Source of the DNA: Ignavibacteriales bacterium
Lineage (GTDB): Bacteria > Bacteroidota > Ignavibacteria > UBA10030 > UBA6906
Assembly (NCBI GenBank): GCA_037441705.1
Contig: JBBIRR010000020.1
Span: 1 to 64,000, forward strand
Length of the DNA stretch: 64,000 bases
Direction: 5' to 3'
This document shows positions 20,298-31,113 of this stretch, piece after piece. The translations under genes and the position numbers were made by a program. The notes beneath the pieces are model-generated. The model was not told the DNA's origin. It saw only the letters and a list, made by a program, of their open reading frames with translations, and made no database searches. Each line of letters opens with the position of its first letter. Positions within the stretch are counted from its first letter, which is position 1.

Positions 20298-21191
20298 ATG
20301 ACTCGCAGACGTGGTTCCGTAGCCGCCGTCCTTCTTCTGTGGCTTTTCGCAACAGCGGTTTCCGATGATGGCCGGGCACAAAGGGAAGGTGATGGCCTTC
20401 CGCAGGAGCGTTCCGCCATGCGCGGCGGAACACGCATCGATGTGGACATCAACAACACGGTGACGGTCGTGGACGGCGAGAACAACGTCGTCCGGCAGTA
20501 CAGCGCCGACTTGAAACTGTTGAAGGAGATCGGCGGACCGGGATGGAGCGAGGATCGGTTCGATCATCCGGCGGGCGTGTGGGCGCGCAACGGCATCGAC
20601 ATCTTTGTTGCCGACTACGGCAATCATCGCATTCAGCGATTCGACCGCCAGTTGGTGTTCATCTCTTCGTTCTCGACGCGGGAGCGGAGCAACCCCGATG
20701 AGCGCTTTGGCTACCCGACCGACGTGGCGCTCTCGCGTCTCGGGGATTTGTTCATCTGCGACAGCGAAAACACGCGCATCCTCAAAGTCTCCGGCCTGAG
20801 CAAAGTGGAGCGCATCTTCGGCGACTTCGGTGCCGGCAGGGGGCGCCTGCACACACCGAACCAGCTGGACATCGGCCCGAACGACAATATCTATGTGCAG
20901 GATGGGAAGCGCGTCGTTGTCTTCGACAACTTCGGCAATTTCATTCATGCGATCGAGGGATTGTTCGAGCATGACCCATTGATTTATGCCGACGATGAGG
21001 GTCTTGTTGCCTTGGCTGGAATGCGCTTTTTCATTTTTGATCGTGACGACAGACTGTTGACGGCGGTTCCCGTTGACACCGCGCGGGTTGTATCTACCCC
21101 GCGAGCATTTGCCCTGAGCCGCGATAGCGCGTACGTCCTCACCCATGAAGGGATTGCAAAGCTGGCAAACCCGAGAGAGAGCAGGAAGTAA
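20298..21191 (+). CDS. NHL-repeat beta-propeller protein, exported
   Basis: RBS GAGGAG; FDHPAGV, IFVADYGNHRIQRFD, FGYPTDVA, ICDSENTRI. Confidence 0.85.
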   Translation: MTRRRGSVAAVLLLWLFATAVSDDGRAQREGDGLPQERSAMRGGTRIDVDINNTVTVVDGENNVVRQYSADLKLLKEIGGPGWSEDRFDHPAGVWARNGIDIFVADYGNHRIQRFDRQLVFISSFSTRERSNPDERFGYPTDVALSRLGDLFICDSENTRILKVSGLSKVERIFGDFGAGRGRLHTPNQLDIGPNDNIYVQDGKRVVVFDNFGNFIHAIEGLFEHDPLIYADDEGLVALAGMRFFIFDRDDRLLTAVPVDTARVVSTPRAFALSRDSAYVLTHEGIAKLANPRESRK

Positions 21192-21227
21192 CGACACACC
21201 ATTCACCGAATACAAGGAGGATCCCCT

Positions 21228-21662
21228 ATGGCCAAAAGTTTGAACAAAGTGATGCTCATCGGCAATCTGGGTAAAGACCCGGAACTCCGGTACACAACCA
21301 GCGGCGTCGCCGTTGCCTCGTTCACGCTTGCAACGAATGAATCCTGGAAAGATCAGGACGGAAACACACAAGAGCGCACGGAGTGGCACAACATTGTTGC
21401 GTGGCGGAAGCTTGCCGAGATTTGTGGTGAGTGGCTGAAGAAGGGAAACAAAGTGTACATCGAAGGCCGGATTCAAACCCGCAGCTATGACGACAAGAAC
21501 ACGGGGCAGAAGCGGTACATCACGGAGATCGTTGCGGACGACATGATCATGCTCGGCAGCGTTGGCGGTGGACGAGCGGCATCGGATACTGCTGCCGCGT
21601 CACAGGCATCGCCGGTTGAGCCGCAGGCTCCTGCTTCTCCCGAAGATGACCTTCCGTTTTAG
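21228..21662 (+). CDS. ssb: Single-stranded DNA-binding protein
   Basis: [26 protein letters not shown]-terminal DDLPF. Confidence 0.98.
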   Translation: MAKSLNKVMLIGNLGKDPELRYTTSGVAVASFTLATNESWKDQDGNTQERTEWHNIVAWRKLAEICGEWLKKGNKVYIEGRIQTRSYDDKNTGQKRYITEIVADDMIMLGSVGGGRAASDTAAASQASPVEPQAPASPEDDLPF

Positions 21663-21668
21663 TGGGCG

Positions 21669-23390
21669 ATGGGTTTCCGCGACAGGCTGACGTTCGGCCT
21701 TCTGATTGTCCTTCTCGCGGCAGCTGTTAGCGGCCGTGCTGGAGAGGTAGCGTCTGCTTCGAAGTTCGAAGAGATCGCTGCGAAGAATGGCATGGTGGTC
21801 GCTGCCGAGTCTCTTGCTGCGCAAGCGGGTGTGGAGATTTTGCAGCAAGGGGGCAATGCGGTGGATGCAGCGGTTGCCGTAGGCTTCGCACTTGCCGTCA
21901 CATACCCTGAAGCCGGAAACATCGGCGGCGGGGGGTTCATGCTCATCCGCCTTGCCGACGGCAGAACGACGATGATTGATTTCCGCGAGAAAGCTCCGGC
22001 TCGAGCCTCGCGCACACTCTTTCTTGACTCCGCCGGCAATGTTATTCCGGAAAAAAGCCTGCACGGTCCGCTTGCCGCGGGCGTCCCCGGCAGTGTTGCA
22101 GGTCTGCTTCTTGCGTTGGAGAAATACGGAACACTCCCGAAAGCCCGCGTTCTTGCTCGTGCCATTCAGCTTGCAGAAGAAGGCTTTCCTCTCCCTGCGT
22201 GGCTTGCGCAGTCGTTCAACGAGCATCGAGAGGCCTTTTCTTCCTTCATCTCTACAAGAAAAATATTTGTCAAGAAAGAAGGGCACTACACGGCGGGCGA
22301 ACTTTTTCGGCAGCCTGATCTTGCGCGAACGCTCCGTCTCGTGGCGGACAAGGGGCATGAGGGCTTCTATCGCGGCGAGATCGCCACGAAGATTGTTGCC
22401 GAGATGCAGCGCGGCGGCGGTATCATCACGCTTTCCGATCTCGAACACTATCGTGCACGCGAACGCGAGCCGCTCACGGGCAGCTATCGAGGATACGAGA
22501 TCATTACGGCCGCGCCTCCTTCCGGCGGCGGCGTGTTGCTGCTGCAAATGCTCAACATGCTGGAAGGCTACGACCTCAAGACGTCGGGTCACAACTCCGC
22601 ACGCACGCTTCATCTCTTTGCTTCTGCCGCGCAGCGCGCATTTGCCGATCGCGCGACGTACTTAGGAGACCCTGACTTCGTGAAGATGCCGATCGAAACA
22701 TTGATTTCAAAAGAGTATGCGCGAGTGCGCGGCAGCGCCATTGACCCGACCAGAGCCCTCGCGAGCACACACATTCATGCCGGCAGCCCGGTGAAGGCGG
22801 GCCACGACGAGACGACCCACTATTGCGTCGTCGATCGCTTCGGCAACGCTGTGAGCGTGACCACGACACTGAACGGCCTGTACGGATGCAAGACAGTCGT
22901 GGACGGAGCAGGCTTCTTTTTGAACAACGAGATGGATGATTTTGCGATTGCACCGGGAGTGCCGAACATGTACGGACTGACCGGCGGCGAGGCCAATGCT
23001 ATTGCTCCGAACAAGCGGATGCTCAGCTCGATGACGCCGACGATTGTCATGAAAGAGGGAAAACCGTTTCTGCTGGTAGGCGGTCGCGGCGGCAGCCGGA
23101 TACCGACAGCGGTGGCGAATATCATTCTTAACGTGATCGATTTTGGCATGAGTATCCGTCAGGCTGTGGAATCGCCGCGCATCCATCATCAATGGCTGCC
23201 CGACATCATCCATTACGAAACTCGGGGTCTCTCTTTCGAGATCGTTGAGGCGTTGCGGAAGATGGGCTGGGCGGTGGCGGACGCGAACGGAACCAATGCG
23301 CGCGTGGCGGCACTCATGATCGATCCTGAACGTCGCCTCTTCATCGGCGGTCCCGATTCACGCGAGCATGGCGTGGCCGTCGGGTATTGA
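21669..23390 (+). CDS. ggt: Gamma-glutamyltranspeptidase
   Basis: GGNAVDAAVA, DFREKAP, autocleavage site ETTHYCVVD, NNEMDDF, LSSMTPT. Confidence 0.96.
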   Translation: MGFRDRLTFGLLIVLLAAAVSGRAGEVASASKFEEIAAKNGMVVAAESLAAQAGVEILQQGGNAVDAAVAVGFALAVTYPEAGNIGGGGFMLIRLADGRTTMIDFREKAPARASRTLFLDSAGNVIPEKSLHGPLAAGVPGSVAGLLLALEKYGTLPKARVLARAIQLAEEGFPLPAWLAQSFNEHREAFSSFISTRKIFVKKEGHYTAGELFRQPDLARTLRLVADKGHEGFYRGEIATKIVAEMQRGGGIITLSDLEHYRAREREPLTGSYRGYEIITAAPPSGGGVLLLQMLNMLEGYDLKTSGHNSARTLHLFASAAQRAFADRATYLGDPDFVKMPIETLISKEYARVRGSAIDPTRALASTHIHAGSPVKAGHDETTHYCVVDRFGNAVSVTTTLNGLYGCKTVVDGAGFFLNNEMDDFAIAPGVPNMYGLTGGEANAIAPNKRMLSSMTPTIVMKEGKPFLLVGGRGGSRIPTAVANIILNVIDFGMSIRQAVESPRIHHQWLPDIIHYETRGLSFEIVEALRKMGWAVADANGTNARVAALMIDPERRLFIGGPDSREHGVAVGY

Positions 23391-23608
23391 TACTCACCTC
23401 GCTATTGGCTATCTTGTTGTTGGTTTTAGGATATCTTTTCACTATTGTCATCCCGTCGATCAGGGGTTCGTTCCTTGGATTGTCAGTATCCATGTGGTGC
23501 TCGCGTGTTTGTCGTTCCCGTGTTGCGGCCCACAATTCGATACGGCATCCCCTTCCTTCCGCTGCGGTTCTGTGTCTCTCGCATATCTGTCTCTCGTAAG
23601 TATCTATC

Positions 23609-26600
23609 ATGAATCGTGCTGAAATGAGATTGACTTTCTTGCGTTCGTTCCTGGGCTTGTGCCTGGCGATGGTGCCGACTTTTGTAAGCGCCCAGCAAAT
23701 TGTCGTCAATGAACTCTACAATTCCGGTGGCAACGATGAATGGATTGAGCTGCTTGTCATCCAGGATAGTCTCGATCTTCGCGGTTGGGATGTGAGAGAC
23801 TTCAGCAGCGGCGGCGCCGCACAGAATCCTCTGGAGTTTACCACCAACACACTCTGGTCGAACGTTCGCCGTGGCACACTCATCGTTGTCGCTCGTCCGG
23901 AGAATACTTTTCCTGAGGACACCGATCCGTCGGACTACCTTCTCGTGATCAAATCGGATAACGGACTGTATTTCACCGGGAACGTTTTCTCCTTTGCCGG
24001 ATCGAGCGACGCGGTACAGGTTCGCACGCCGTCGGACCAACACGTTTTTGGTGTGTCATGGGGGACAAGCAATCAGAACAGCCTGCCTTCGCCGAAGGTC
24101 CATTTCTCCGCCTCCTCCACCAGCAACACAAGCATTTCGTTCAACAGGGACTCGCTTGCGCTGATGACAAGTCCAAGCAACTGGACGATCAACAACACTT
24201 CGCCGACCCGAGGAGCCGGCAACACGGCTGCGAATGCCGCGTGGATCATGCAACTTCGAGGGCAGGGCCTGGGGGATGGATCGGGAAGCGCACGGGTTAT
24301 CCCCGATACGCTCAACGGTGGCGTGCAGGGGCCGGTGCAGGTTATCTATCGTCGCAACACGCAATACGCCGTCAATGGCCTTCGCATTATCGTACCGCCA
24401 GCGTTCAGTTGGTCGCGCAGCCGTTCGGATATCTCGTACACGAACATGACTGCGGTCGATACGGTTCTGAGCGATACGATTCTGTTCACGAACATTGTCT
24501 TTAGCGCGGACTCGACGATCATCACAATTGCGAATGTCCGCTCGCCCGATAGTACGGCGTTTTATACGTTCAAGGTTCAGTCGCGACAGGCGACGTTTGC
24601 AGACGTTACCCCTCTTCCCCGCATGGTGGTATTTGGTGCGCCTGTTCCGATTGCCGAAGTGAAGACGAACGATGCCAACGGCGTACCGTTGAGGATTGGC
24701 CAGCTTGTGACTATTGAAGGATTCGTAACCGTAGCAAACGAATTCGGAGGCCCTTCCTTTGTGCAGGACAACTCCGGCGGCATTGCAATCTTCGGAAGTT
24801 CGTTCTCGACGGCGGTGAACGTCGGAGACGAGGTGAAAGTCAGCGGGGTCGTCAGCCCGTTCAACGGCCTGAGCGAATTGACAAGCCCCTACCTCCACGG
24901 CATCATCAGCATGGGCAATAATGTTGCACCTGTGGTTGCCACATGCGCTCAATTATTCAATGACGGTCAGGGTGGCGTAGAGCAGTTTGAAGGTCGGCTT
25001 GTTCGCGTCAACCTTGCGCATTTGTTGGATACTCTTTCCGGCGTTCCCCCTTCGACCTGGAATCAATGTGGGATCACCTCCGGATGCAACTACCGTCTGA
25101 TTGATGCATCGGGGTATGTGGATATCCGCGCGGACAATAATGTGAATTTCTTCACCTCGCCGGCTCCGCAGGGGACGTTCAGTGTGATTGGTGTGCTCAG
25201 TCAGTTCAAGCCCGCGCCGCCGTTCATCGGCGGCTATCAACTCCAACCGCGCTCCGCTTCCGACCTGCTGACCAGCGGGCCGATCATCGCGACGACGCCG
25301 GTCGAATCGAACATTCAGCCGAACGCGCTGACGATGAGCTGGACGACGTTCAATCCGGGAACGACACGGCTCCGGTACGGACGAACTATGAGCTACGAAC
25401 TGGGCGTATTGAGTGCCCGGGGAGATTCAACCTCCACATCTCACGCAATCACGATGACCGGCTTAAGCCCCGCCACGGTCTATCACGTACAGGCATTTTC
25501 CGTTGCAGGCTCGGACACCAGTTTTGCCTCGAACATCGTTGTCAGCACCGCCTCACCGCAGCAAACGACAGGCGTGATCAACGCGTACTTCAACAAGAGT
25601 GTGAATACGACGCTGGCGTGGTTCCAGCCGGCGCTGGGCAATCAGAATCTTGTTCAGCGTCTGCTGCCGCGGATCAATGCCGCGCGCCGCTCCATTGATG
25701 TGTGCCTCTACAGTCTGAGCGGCACGGCAGGGGCCGACATCGCATCGGCTCTCGTTCTGGCGAAGAATCGCGGCATCAGGGTGCGGGTGATTTGTGAAGA
25801 CGATAATCGCAACACCGCGCCGTTCAACACCCTTGTTGCCAACGGCATCCCCCTCATTACCGACCGGTTCGACCCGATCAACAACGGAGCCGGATTGATG
25901 CACAACAAGTTTTTTGTGTTTGATGGGCGAGGCGGCGCGCCTGAGAGTGTGTGGGTATGGACAGGTTCGTGGAACCCGACGGATCCCGGCACGAACAACG
26001 ACTTCCAGAACGCTATCGAGTTTCAGGACCAGGCGATGGCGAATGCGTACACCATGGAGTTCAATGAGATGTGGGGAAGCGACACGGAGCTGCCGAATGC
26101 CTCGCTGTCGCGCTTCGGCGCTCGAAAGCTGAACAACACGCCGCACAGGTTCGTTGTCGGCGGATCGCCTGTGGAGGTGTACTTCAGCCCGAGTGATGGA
26201 ACGGACGCGAAGATTCTCGGCGAGATCGTCAGGGCCGAGCATTCCGTCGGCTTCCAGCTGCTGACACTCACGCGCAGCGGCATAGCCACCGCCCTCGTGA
26301 ACAAGAAGAACGAAGGAAAGAAGGTACGCGGTAACCTTGACGATAGTACCGATACAGGCTCGCAGTATCGCTATCTGGTCAACAACGGCGTGGACGTACG
26401 GTTGAAGACGTCGGGGACCGTTGGCCTGCTGCATCACAAGTACGCGATTATTGACGCGGAGTACCCGTACTGGTCCAACACGGCAACGATTACCGGCTCG
26501 CACAACTGGACAAACTCGGCGGAGAACTCCAACAACGAAAACACCGTAATCGTCCGTAATGGCAACATCACCAACCAATATCTCCAGGAGTTTGCTGCGC

Positions 26601-26932
26601 GTTACTATCAGTTCGGAGGAACGGATACCATCCGCGTGTATGTGGAGGAGATTCCAACGAACACGCCGATCCGCTTCTCGCTCGAACAGAACTATCCGAA
26701 TCCGTTCAACCCTCAGACGACGATCAGGTTCACGGTTCAGGGCGCAGGGCCGGTTTCGTTAAAGGTGTATGACGTGCTCGGACGTGAAGTCGCAACGTTG
26801 GTGAACGAGCCGCTGAGGGCGGGAACGTACAAGGTAAATTTCGTTGCCGGCTCTCTTGCCAGCGGTGTGTACTTCTACCGGCTCAGCGCAGGCTCGCTGA
26901 GCGCAACACGCAAGCTTATGGTGGTCAAGTAG
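23609..26932 (+). CDS. T9SS cargo: lamin-tail-like domain, OB-fold-like region, FN3-like domain and two PLD (HKD) domains; probable surface nuclease or phospholipase D
   Basis: IVVNELY...EWIEL (LTD-like); HNKFFVFD...TGSWN and HHKYAIID...TGSHN; CTD LEQNYPNPFNP. Confidence 0.85.
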   Translation: MNRAEMRLTFLRSFLGLCLAMVPTFVSAQQIVVNELYNSGGNDEWIELLVIQDSLDLRGWDVRDFSSGGAAQNPLEFTTNTLWSNVRRGTLIVVARPENTFPEDTDPSDYLLVIKSDNGLYFTGNVFSFAGSSDAVQVRTPSDQHVFGVSWGTSNQNSLPSPKVHFSASSTSNTSISFNRDSLALMTSPSNWTINNTSPTRGAGNTAANAAWIMQLRGQGLGDGSGSARVIPDTLNGGVQGPVQVIYRRNTQYAVNGLRIIVPPAFSWSRSRSDISYTNMTAVDTVLSDTILFTNIVFSADSTIITIANVRSPDSTAFYTFKVQSRQATFADVTPLPRMVVFGAPVPIAEVKTNDANGVPLRIGQLVTIEGFVTVANEFGGPSFVQDNSGGIAIFGSSFSTAVNVGDEVKVSGVVSPFNGLSELTSPYLHGIISMGNNVAPVVATCAQLFNDGQGGVEQFEGRLVRVNLAHLLDTLSGVPPSTWNQCGITSGCNYRLIDASGYVDIRADNNVNFFTSPAPQGTFSVIGVLSQFKPAPPFIGGYQLQPRSASDLLTSGPIIATTPVESNIQPNALTMSWTTFNPGTTRLRYGRTMSYELGVLSARGDSTSTSHAITMTGLSPATVYHVQAFSVAGSDTSFASNIVVSTASPQQTTGVINAYFNKSVNTTLAWFQPALGNQNLVQRLLPRINAARRSIDVCLYSLSGTAGADIASALVLAKNRGIRVRVICEDDNRNTAPFNTLVANGIPLITDRFDPINNGAGLMHNKFFVFDGRGGAPESVWVWTGSWNPTDPGTNNDFQNAIEFQDQAMANAYTMEFNEMWGSDTELPNASLSRFGARKLNNTPHRFVVGGSPVEVYFSPSDGTDAKILGEIVRAEHSVGFQLLTLTRSGIATALVNKKNEGKKVRGNLDDSTDTGSQYRYLVNNGVDVRLKTSGTVGLLHHKYAIIDAEYPYWSNTATITGSHNWTNSAENSNNENTVIVRNGNITNQYLQEFAARYYQFGGTDTIRVYVEEIPTNTPIRFSLEQNYPNPFNPQTTIRFTVQGAGPVSLKVYDVLGREVATLVNEPLRAGTYKVNFVAGSLASGVYFYRLSAGSLSATRKLMVVK

Positions 26933-26986
26933 GTTCGCGGCGAGTCTATCGCCGTCCTGTTCTTTCTTACGATGCTGAGGGTGCAT

Positions 26987-28696
26987 ATGAAACATTCGTT
27001 TGCTTTTCGTGCGTGCCTGTCTGCTCTGGCACTTACGCTCACGATTATTGCGGGCGGTCAGGCACAACAGAATGGTGTCACGCTGCTTGATACGCTTAAC
27101 GTCCGACACGGCAGCACAAACTGCTACGGCACCACCTACTTCTCGAGTTGCTGGGGGTGGGTGTCGCCGGATGGAAGAGAATATGCTCTGCTCGGAACGT
27201 ACACTGGTACAGCGATCGTTGACCTCAATGTGTCTCCCATTCGCGAGATCGCCCACATCCCGGGGCCTCCAGCCTCCTGTGCCTATCGGGAAATCAAGAC
27301 TTACAAACACTACGCATACATTGTGTCGGAAGGAGGACAGGGCGTGCAGATTGTGGATCTCTCCCAACTTCCCGACACCGCGATTCTTGTCCGAAATTTC
27401 AATTACACCAACGGAAGCAGAAATACCCTGCGATCACACACCGTGACGCTTGCCGACGGGTACCTGTACCTGAACGGAAGTGCCGGTTGGTCTCCAGGTG
27501 GTGTTGTGATGTTTTCCTTACGAGAGGATCCGACAAATCCGCAGTATGTCGGGCAGTTTGAGCCGCAATACATCCACGACTCGTTTGTTCGCAATGACAC
27601 GCTCTACGCCGCAGCGATTTATAGCAACGGCGGGTTGTATGTGGTGGATATTCGAAACAAGGCAAATCCTCAAATCCTTCGGTTCATTCAGTACAGCGGC
27701 TCGGGTACGCACCATACGTGGGCGTCCATAAACGGCGGTCGGTACGTCTTCACAACGGATGAAATCGGAACCGTGAACAACTTGAAGGTGTGGGATCTCA
27801 ACAATCTTGGCGGGGGTCCCCCGTACACGCCGCTGGCACAATATGCGGCATCACCTTTGGACATCATTCACAACGTTCACGGTCGAGGAAACTACCTCTA
27901 CATCTCTCACTATTCGGCAGGCATGCGCGTGGTTGATGTGCATGATCCTGCAAACCCGATTGAGGTTGGTCGGTATGATTCCTATCCAGGCCCGAGCGGC
28001 AGCTTCAACGGATGCTGGGGCGTGTATCCGTATTTTCCGTCAGGCCGTTGGATCGGATCGGATATGCAAACGGGGTTGTACCTGCTCTCGTTCAACGGAC
28101 TCGCGCCGCGCATTCGCTCGCCGTTGTTGGCGCCGGCCGATCGCGATACATTTTTCCAGGGCGTTGCAAGAACCTTCCGCTGGCGTTCTGCAGCCAAGCA
28201 AACGGAAGACCCGCATTATTACGAGCTTCACCTCTGGGGTCCAGGTCTTGACACGCTGGTAAAGACACGCGACACGTCGCTCACGCTCATGCCGTTTGCC
28301 TCTATGCAGAACGGGCAAACCTACCGCTGGCATGTGTGGATTCGGGATGAGTTTACGGAGGTGTCGAGCCGAGACACGTTCCAGCTTATCTATCGTTCCG
28401 GCGCGACTGCTGTGGAGCCGGAACCGGTTGCGGGTTCTTTCCGCCTTCGACAGAATTATCCCAATCCGTTCAATCCCTCGACAACAATCTCCTTCGAGAT
28501 CGGGCGGACTGCGTTCGTGAGTCTGAAGGTCTATGATGTGTTGGGAGAGGAAGTGGCGACGCTGGTCAACGAAACACGACGTGAAGGAAGATACGACGTT
28601 CAATGGGAGCCGCGGGACCTGCCGAGCGGGATTTATTTCTACCGGCTGCATGCCGGTGAGTTTTCCGACATCAAGAAAATGGCTTTGATACGTTAA
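26987..28696 (+). CDS. Choice-of-anchor B / LVIVD-repeat T9SS cargo (paralog 1)
   Basis: WGWVSPDGREYALLG, REIKTYKHYAYIVSE, HNVH, WGVYPYFPSG; CTD QNYPNPFNP. Confidence 0.87.
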   Translation: MKHSFAFRACLSALALTLTIIAGGQAQQNGVTLLDTLNVRHGSTNCYGTTYFSSCWGWVSPDGREYALLGTYTGTAIVDLNVSPIREIAHIPGPPASCAYREIKTYKHYAYIVSEGGQGVQIVDLSQLPDTAILVRNFNYTNGSRNTLRSHTVTLADGYLYLNGSAGWSPGGVVMFSLREDPTNPQYVGQFEPQYIHDSFVRNDTLYAAAIYSNGGLYVVDIRNKANPQILRFIQYSGSGTHHTWASINGGRYVFTTDEIGTVNNLKVWDLNNLGGGPPYTPLAQYAASPLDIIHNVHGRGNYLYISHYSAGMRVVDVHDPANPIEVGRYDSYPGPSGSFNGCWGVYPYFPSGRWIGSDMQTGLYLLSFNGLAPRIRSPLLAPADRDTFFQGVARTFRWRSAAKQTEDPHYYELHLWGPGLDTLVKTRDTSLTLMPFASMQNGQTYRWHVWIRDEFTEVSSRDTFQLIYRSGATAVEPEPVAGSFRLRQNYPNPFNPSTTISFEIGRTAFVSLKVYDVLGEEVATLVNETRREGRYDVQWEPRDLPSGIYFYRLHAGEFSDIKKMALIR

Positions 28697-28722
28697 TCAT
28701 TCTACAACCAAAGGAAAACGCC

Positions 28723-30441
28723 ATGAAACACACACTGGTGGTTGTTGCTGCGCTCGCGGCTTTCGGCCCACGGGCGCTTGCCCAGCCTCGACTGGACACC
28801 TTGCGACACATTCACCCGCGTCCCGGAACGGGCCTGTCGGCCATTTGGGGCTACACCGCACCCGATGGCCGAGAGTATGCGCTCGTGGGCATTACGGGCA
28901 GCGGTTCGGGCAATACATCGGGGGGAACGTCGATCGTGGACATCACGGACGACAACAATCCGCGCGTCGTAACGCATATCGTCGGGCCGAACAGTACCTG
29001 GCGCGAGATGAAAACATACAAGCACTACGCCTACGTCGTGACCGAAGCCAGCGGAGCAACGGGTGTCCAGATCATTGATCTCTCGCAGCTTCCCGATACA
29101 GCACGTCTTGTCCGCACGTTCAACTACACAAGCGGAACGAAGAACATCAACAATTCCCACACGATCACCATCGCCGATGGGTACATGTACCTCAACGGCT
29201 GCGCCCAATGGTCGCCGGGCGGCATTCTCATCTTCGATCTCCGCAACGACCCGACCAACCCGCAGTTTGTGAGTGAGTACCAGCCGATGTATGTGCATGA
29301 CTCGTACGTTTTGCGGGACACGATCTACGCGGCGGCCATCTACAGCGGCGGCGGCGTGATTATTGCCGATGCGAGGAATAAGTTCAATGTCCAGACGATC
29401 GGACGCATTGCCTACGCCAGTTCTGGAACGCACAATGTGTGGGTGACGAAGGACAGGCGCTTCGCTCTTTCGACGGACGAAATCACTCACCCGCGGAAGA
29501 ATGTCAAGTTCTGGGACATCAGCAATCTTCCGACAATTCCTACGACCACGAGTGCAGAGTTCACCGTCGATCCGACGTCGACCGTACACAACGTCCACAT
29601 TCGTGGAGATTATGCCTATTGTGCCTGGTATCAGGGCTATGGCATTCAGATCATCGACATTCACAACCCTCTCGTGCCGGTTCTTGCCGCTGGATACAGT
29701 ATTCCGGGGAGCGGTCTGTCGTGGGAAGTCTATCCCTATTTCCCCTCCGGCAAAATCATCCTCGGAGCCGGACCGCAATCGGCTTCCTCGACGGGGTTGT
29801 GGATCTTTCGTTTCAGCGAGTTAGCCCCGCGCCGACCCGTTCGTTTGCAGGAGCCGGCACACAACGACACCGTGCGCGTGCAGAGCTCCATGCAGTTGCG
29901 GTGGACCAAAGCAACAGATCTGAACGCCGATCCGCATTGGTATGAACTGCATCTGTGGGGAGAAGCCCTCGATACAACGTTCCGCGTGAACGACAGTGTG
30001 GCAACGTTCACCAACATTGCCGCTCTGCACAACGGACAGCCGTATCTCTGGACGGTGACCACGCGAGACGAGTGGAACACCACAGCCAGCCGCGATACGT
30101 TCCGCTTCTGGTTCGTGCGGCCAACGGATGTGCAGGAAGCAATGGATGTTCCCAAAACGTTCGCGCTGGACCAGAACCATCCCAATCCGTTCAATCCCAC
30201 AACAACCATCCGTTTTCAACTTCCAAGCCCCGGCAAAGTCACGCTAAGCGTGTACGACATTCTCGGCAAGCTCGTTGCCACCCTTGTTGACGAGAACCTG
30301 GCGGCTGGGTACTACGATCGGCAGTTCGATGCGAGGAGTCTTGCAAGCGGCGTGTACTTCTATCGCTTGCAGGTGACGGCACCGGAGAATGCACAGCGCC
30401 GAAGCTACGTGGAAACGCGCAGGATGGTGCTCATCCGGTAA
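28723..30441 (+). CDS. Choice-of-anchor B / LVIVD-repeat T9SS cargo (paralog 2)
   Basis: IWGYTAPDGREYALVG, WREMKTYKHYAYVVTE, HNVH, VYPYFPSG; CTD QNHPNPFNP. Confidence 0.87.
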   Translation: MKHTLVVVAALAAFGPRALAQPRLDTLRHIHPRPGTGLSAIWGYTAPDGREYALVGITGSGSGNTSGGTSIVDITDDNNPRVVTHIVGPNSTWREMKTYKHYAYVVTEASGATGVQIIDLSQLPDTARLVRTFNYTSGTKNINNSHTITIADGYMYLNGCAQWSPGGILIFDLRNDPTNPQFVSEYQPMYVHDSYVLRDTIYAAAIYSGGGVIIADARNKFNVQTIGRIAYASSGTHNVWVTKDRRFALSTDEITHPRKNVKFWDISNLPTIPTTTSAEFTVDPTSTVHNVHIRGDYAYCAWYQGYGIQIIDIHNPLVPVLAAGYSIPGSGLSWEVYPYFPSGKIILGAGPQSASSTGLWIFRFSELAPRRPVRLQEPAHNDTVRVQSSMQLRWTKATDLNADPHWYELHLWGEALDTTFRVNDSVATFTNIAALHNGQPYLWTVTTRDEWNTTASRDTFRFWFVRPTDVQEAMDVPKTFALDQNHPNPFNPTTTIRFQLPSPGKVTLSVYDILGKLVATLVDENLAAGYYDRQFDARSLASGVYFYRLQVTAPENAQRRSYVETRRMVLIR

Positions 30442-30455
30442 GCACGTGTTTGTCA

Positions 30456-30492
30456 CAGGGCGATCTCCGAGCGGAGGTCGCCCTGCGGTTGT
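30456..30492 (+). terminator. Hairpin after the T9SS cargo pair, possible terminator
   Basis: cagggcgatctccg / cggaggtcgccctg inverted repeat; weak T tract. Confidence 0.45.
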
Positions 30493-30561
30493 GGTGGGCG
30501 TGGTTGACTTTCAGATGAGCGTTCGTTATCGTTCAAGCAGTCGCTTCCCGACTCGCTCATC

Positions 30562-31113
30562 ATGCATCCATACACCATCGACGAGATACGGCGGTGTTTT
30601 TCCACCTCAACCGATTTTGATGAAATCTTTGAGGCATTCGAGGCCGCGCTCGCACTCAAAACAAAAGACATCGAGCTTTACCGTTTGTTGTTCTGGAACC
30701 ATTCCTTGACAGCCGATGAAGTGCGCCTGTTCGGCGAGAAGTTGGCAAAAGAATTTCCCGACCTTGGCTACGACGTCTTCAGCTGGCTGGCAACCATCTT
30801 TGAAGCGACAACCTCGTCCAGCGACAACTACGAGCTTGCCCTGCATTACTATAGGCGCGCGGCGCAAGCCCGCCCCGCCGAGCCTGATCCGTATCTCGAC
30901 GCCTGCGATTGCTACGATCCGGATTTGAACATTCCGCCGCTCTCCAGTCTCATCGAGTTTCTCAGAGAGGGAATCGCGCACGTTCCGTATCCGTCACCTT
31001 TGTACAAACGGCTTGCGTACCTGTATGATCTTGCCGGCCTGCCCAATCAGGCGGAGGAATGCCGGAGGATGGTCGAGAAGTTGGAGAACCCTCCAGACGA
31101 ACGCTCGACATGA
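30562..31113 (+). CDS. Hypothetical helical (TPR-like) protein
   Basis: YELALHYYRRAAQARP and LYKRLAYLYDLAG...AEE resemble TPR helices; its stop overlaps the next start (ATGA). Confidence 0.7.
   Translation: MHPYTIDEIRRCFSTSTDFDEIFEAFEAALALKTKDIELYRLLFWNHSLTADEVRLFGEKLAKEFPDLGYDVFSWLATIFEATTSSSDNYELALHYYRRAAQARPAEPDPYLDACDCYDPDLNIPPLSSLIEFLREGIAHVPYPSPLYKRLAYLYDLAGLPNQAEECRRMVEKLENPPDERST

Noticed and set aside
23368-23622. Short ORFs between ggt and the PLD gene
   Set aside because: No RBS or motifs; more consistent with promoter/UTR sequence
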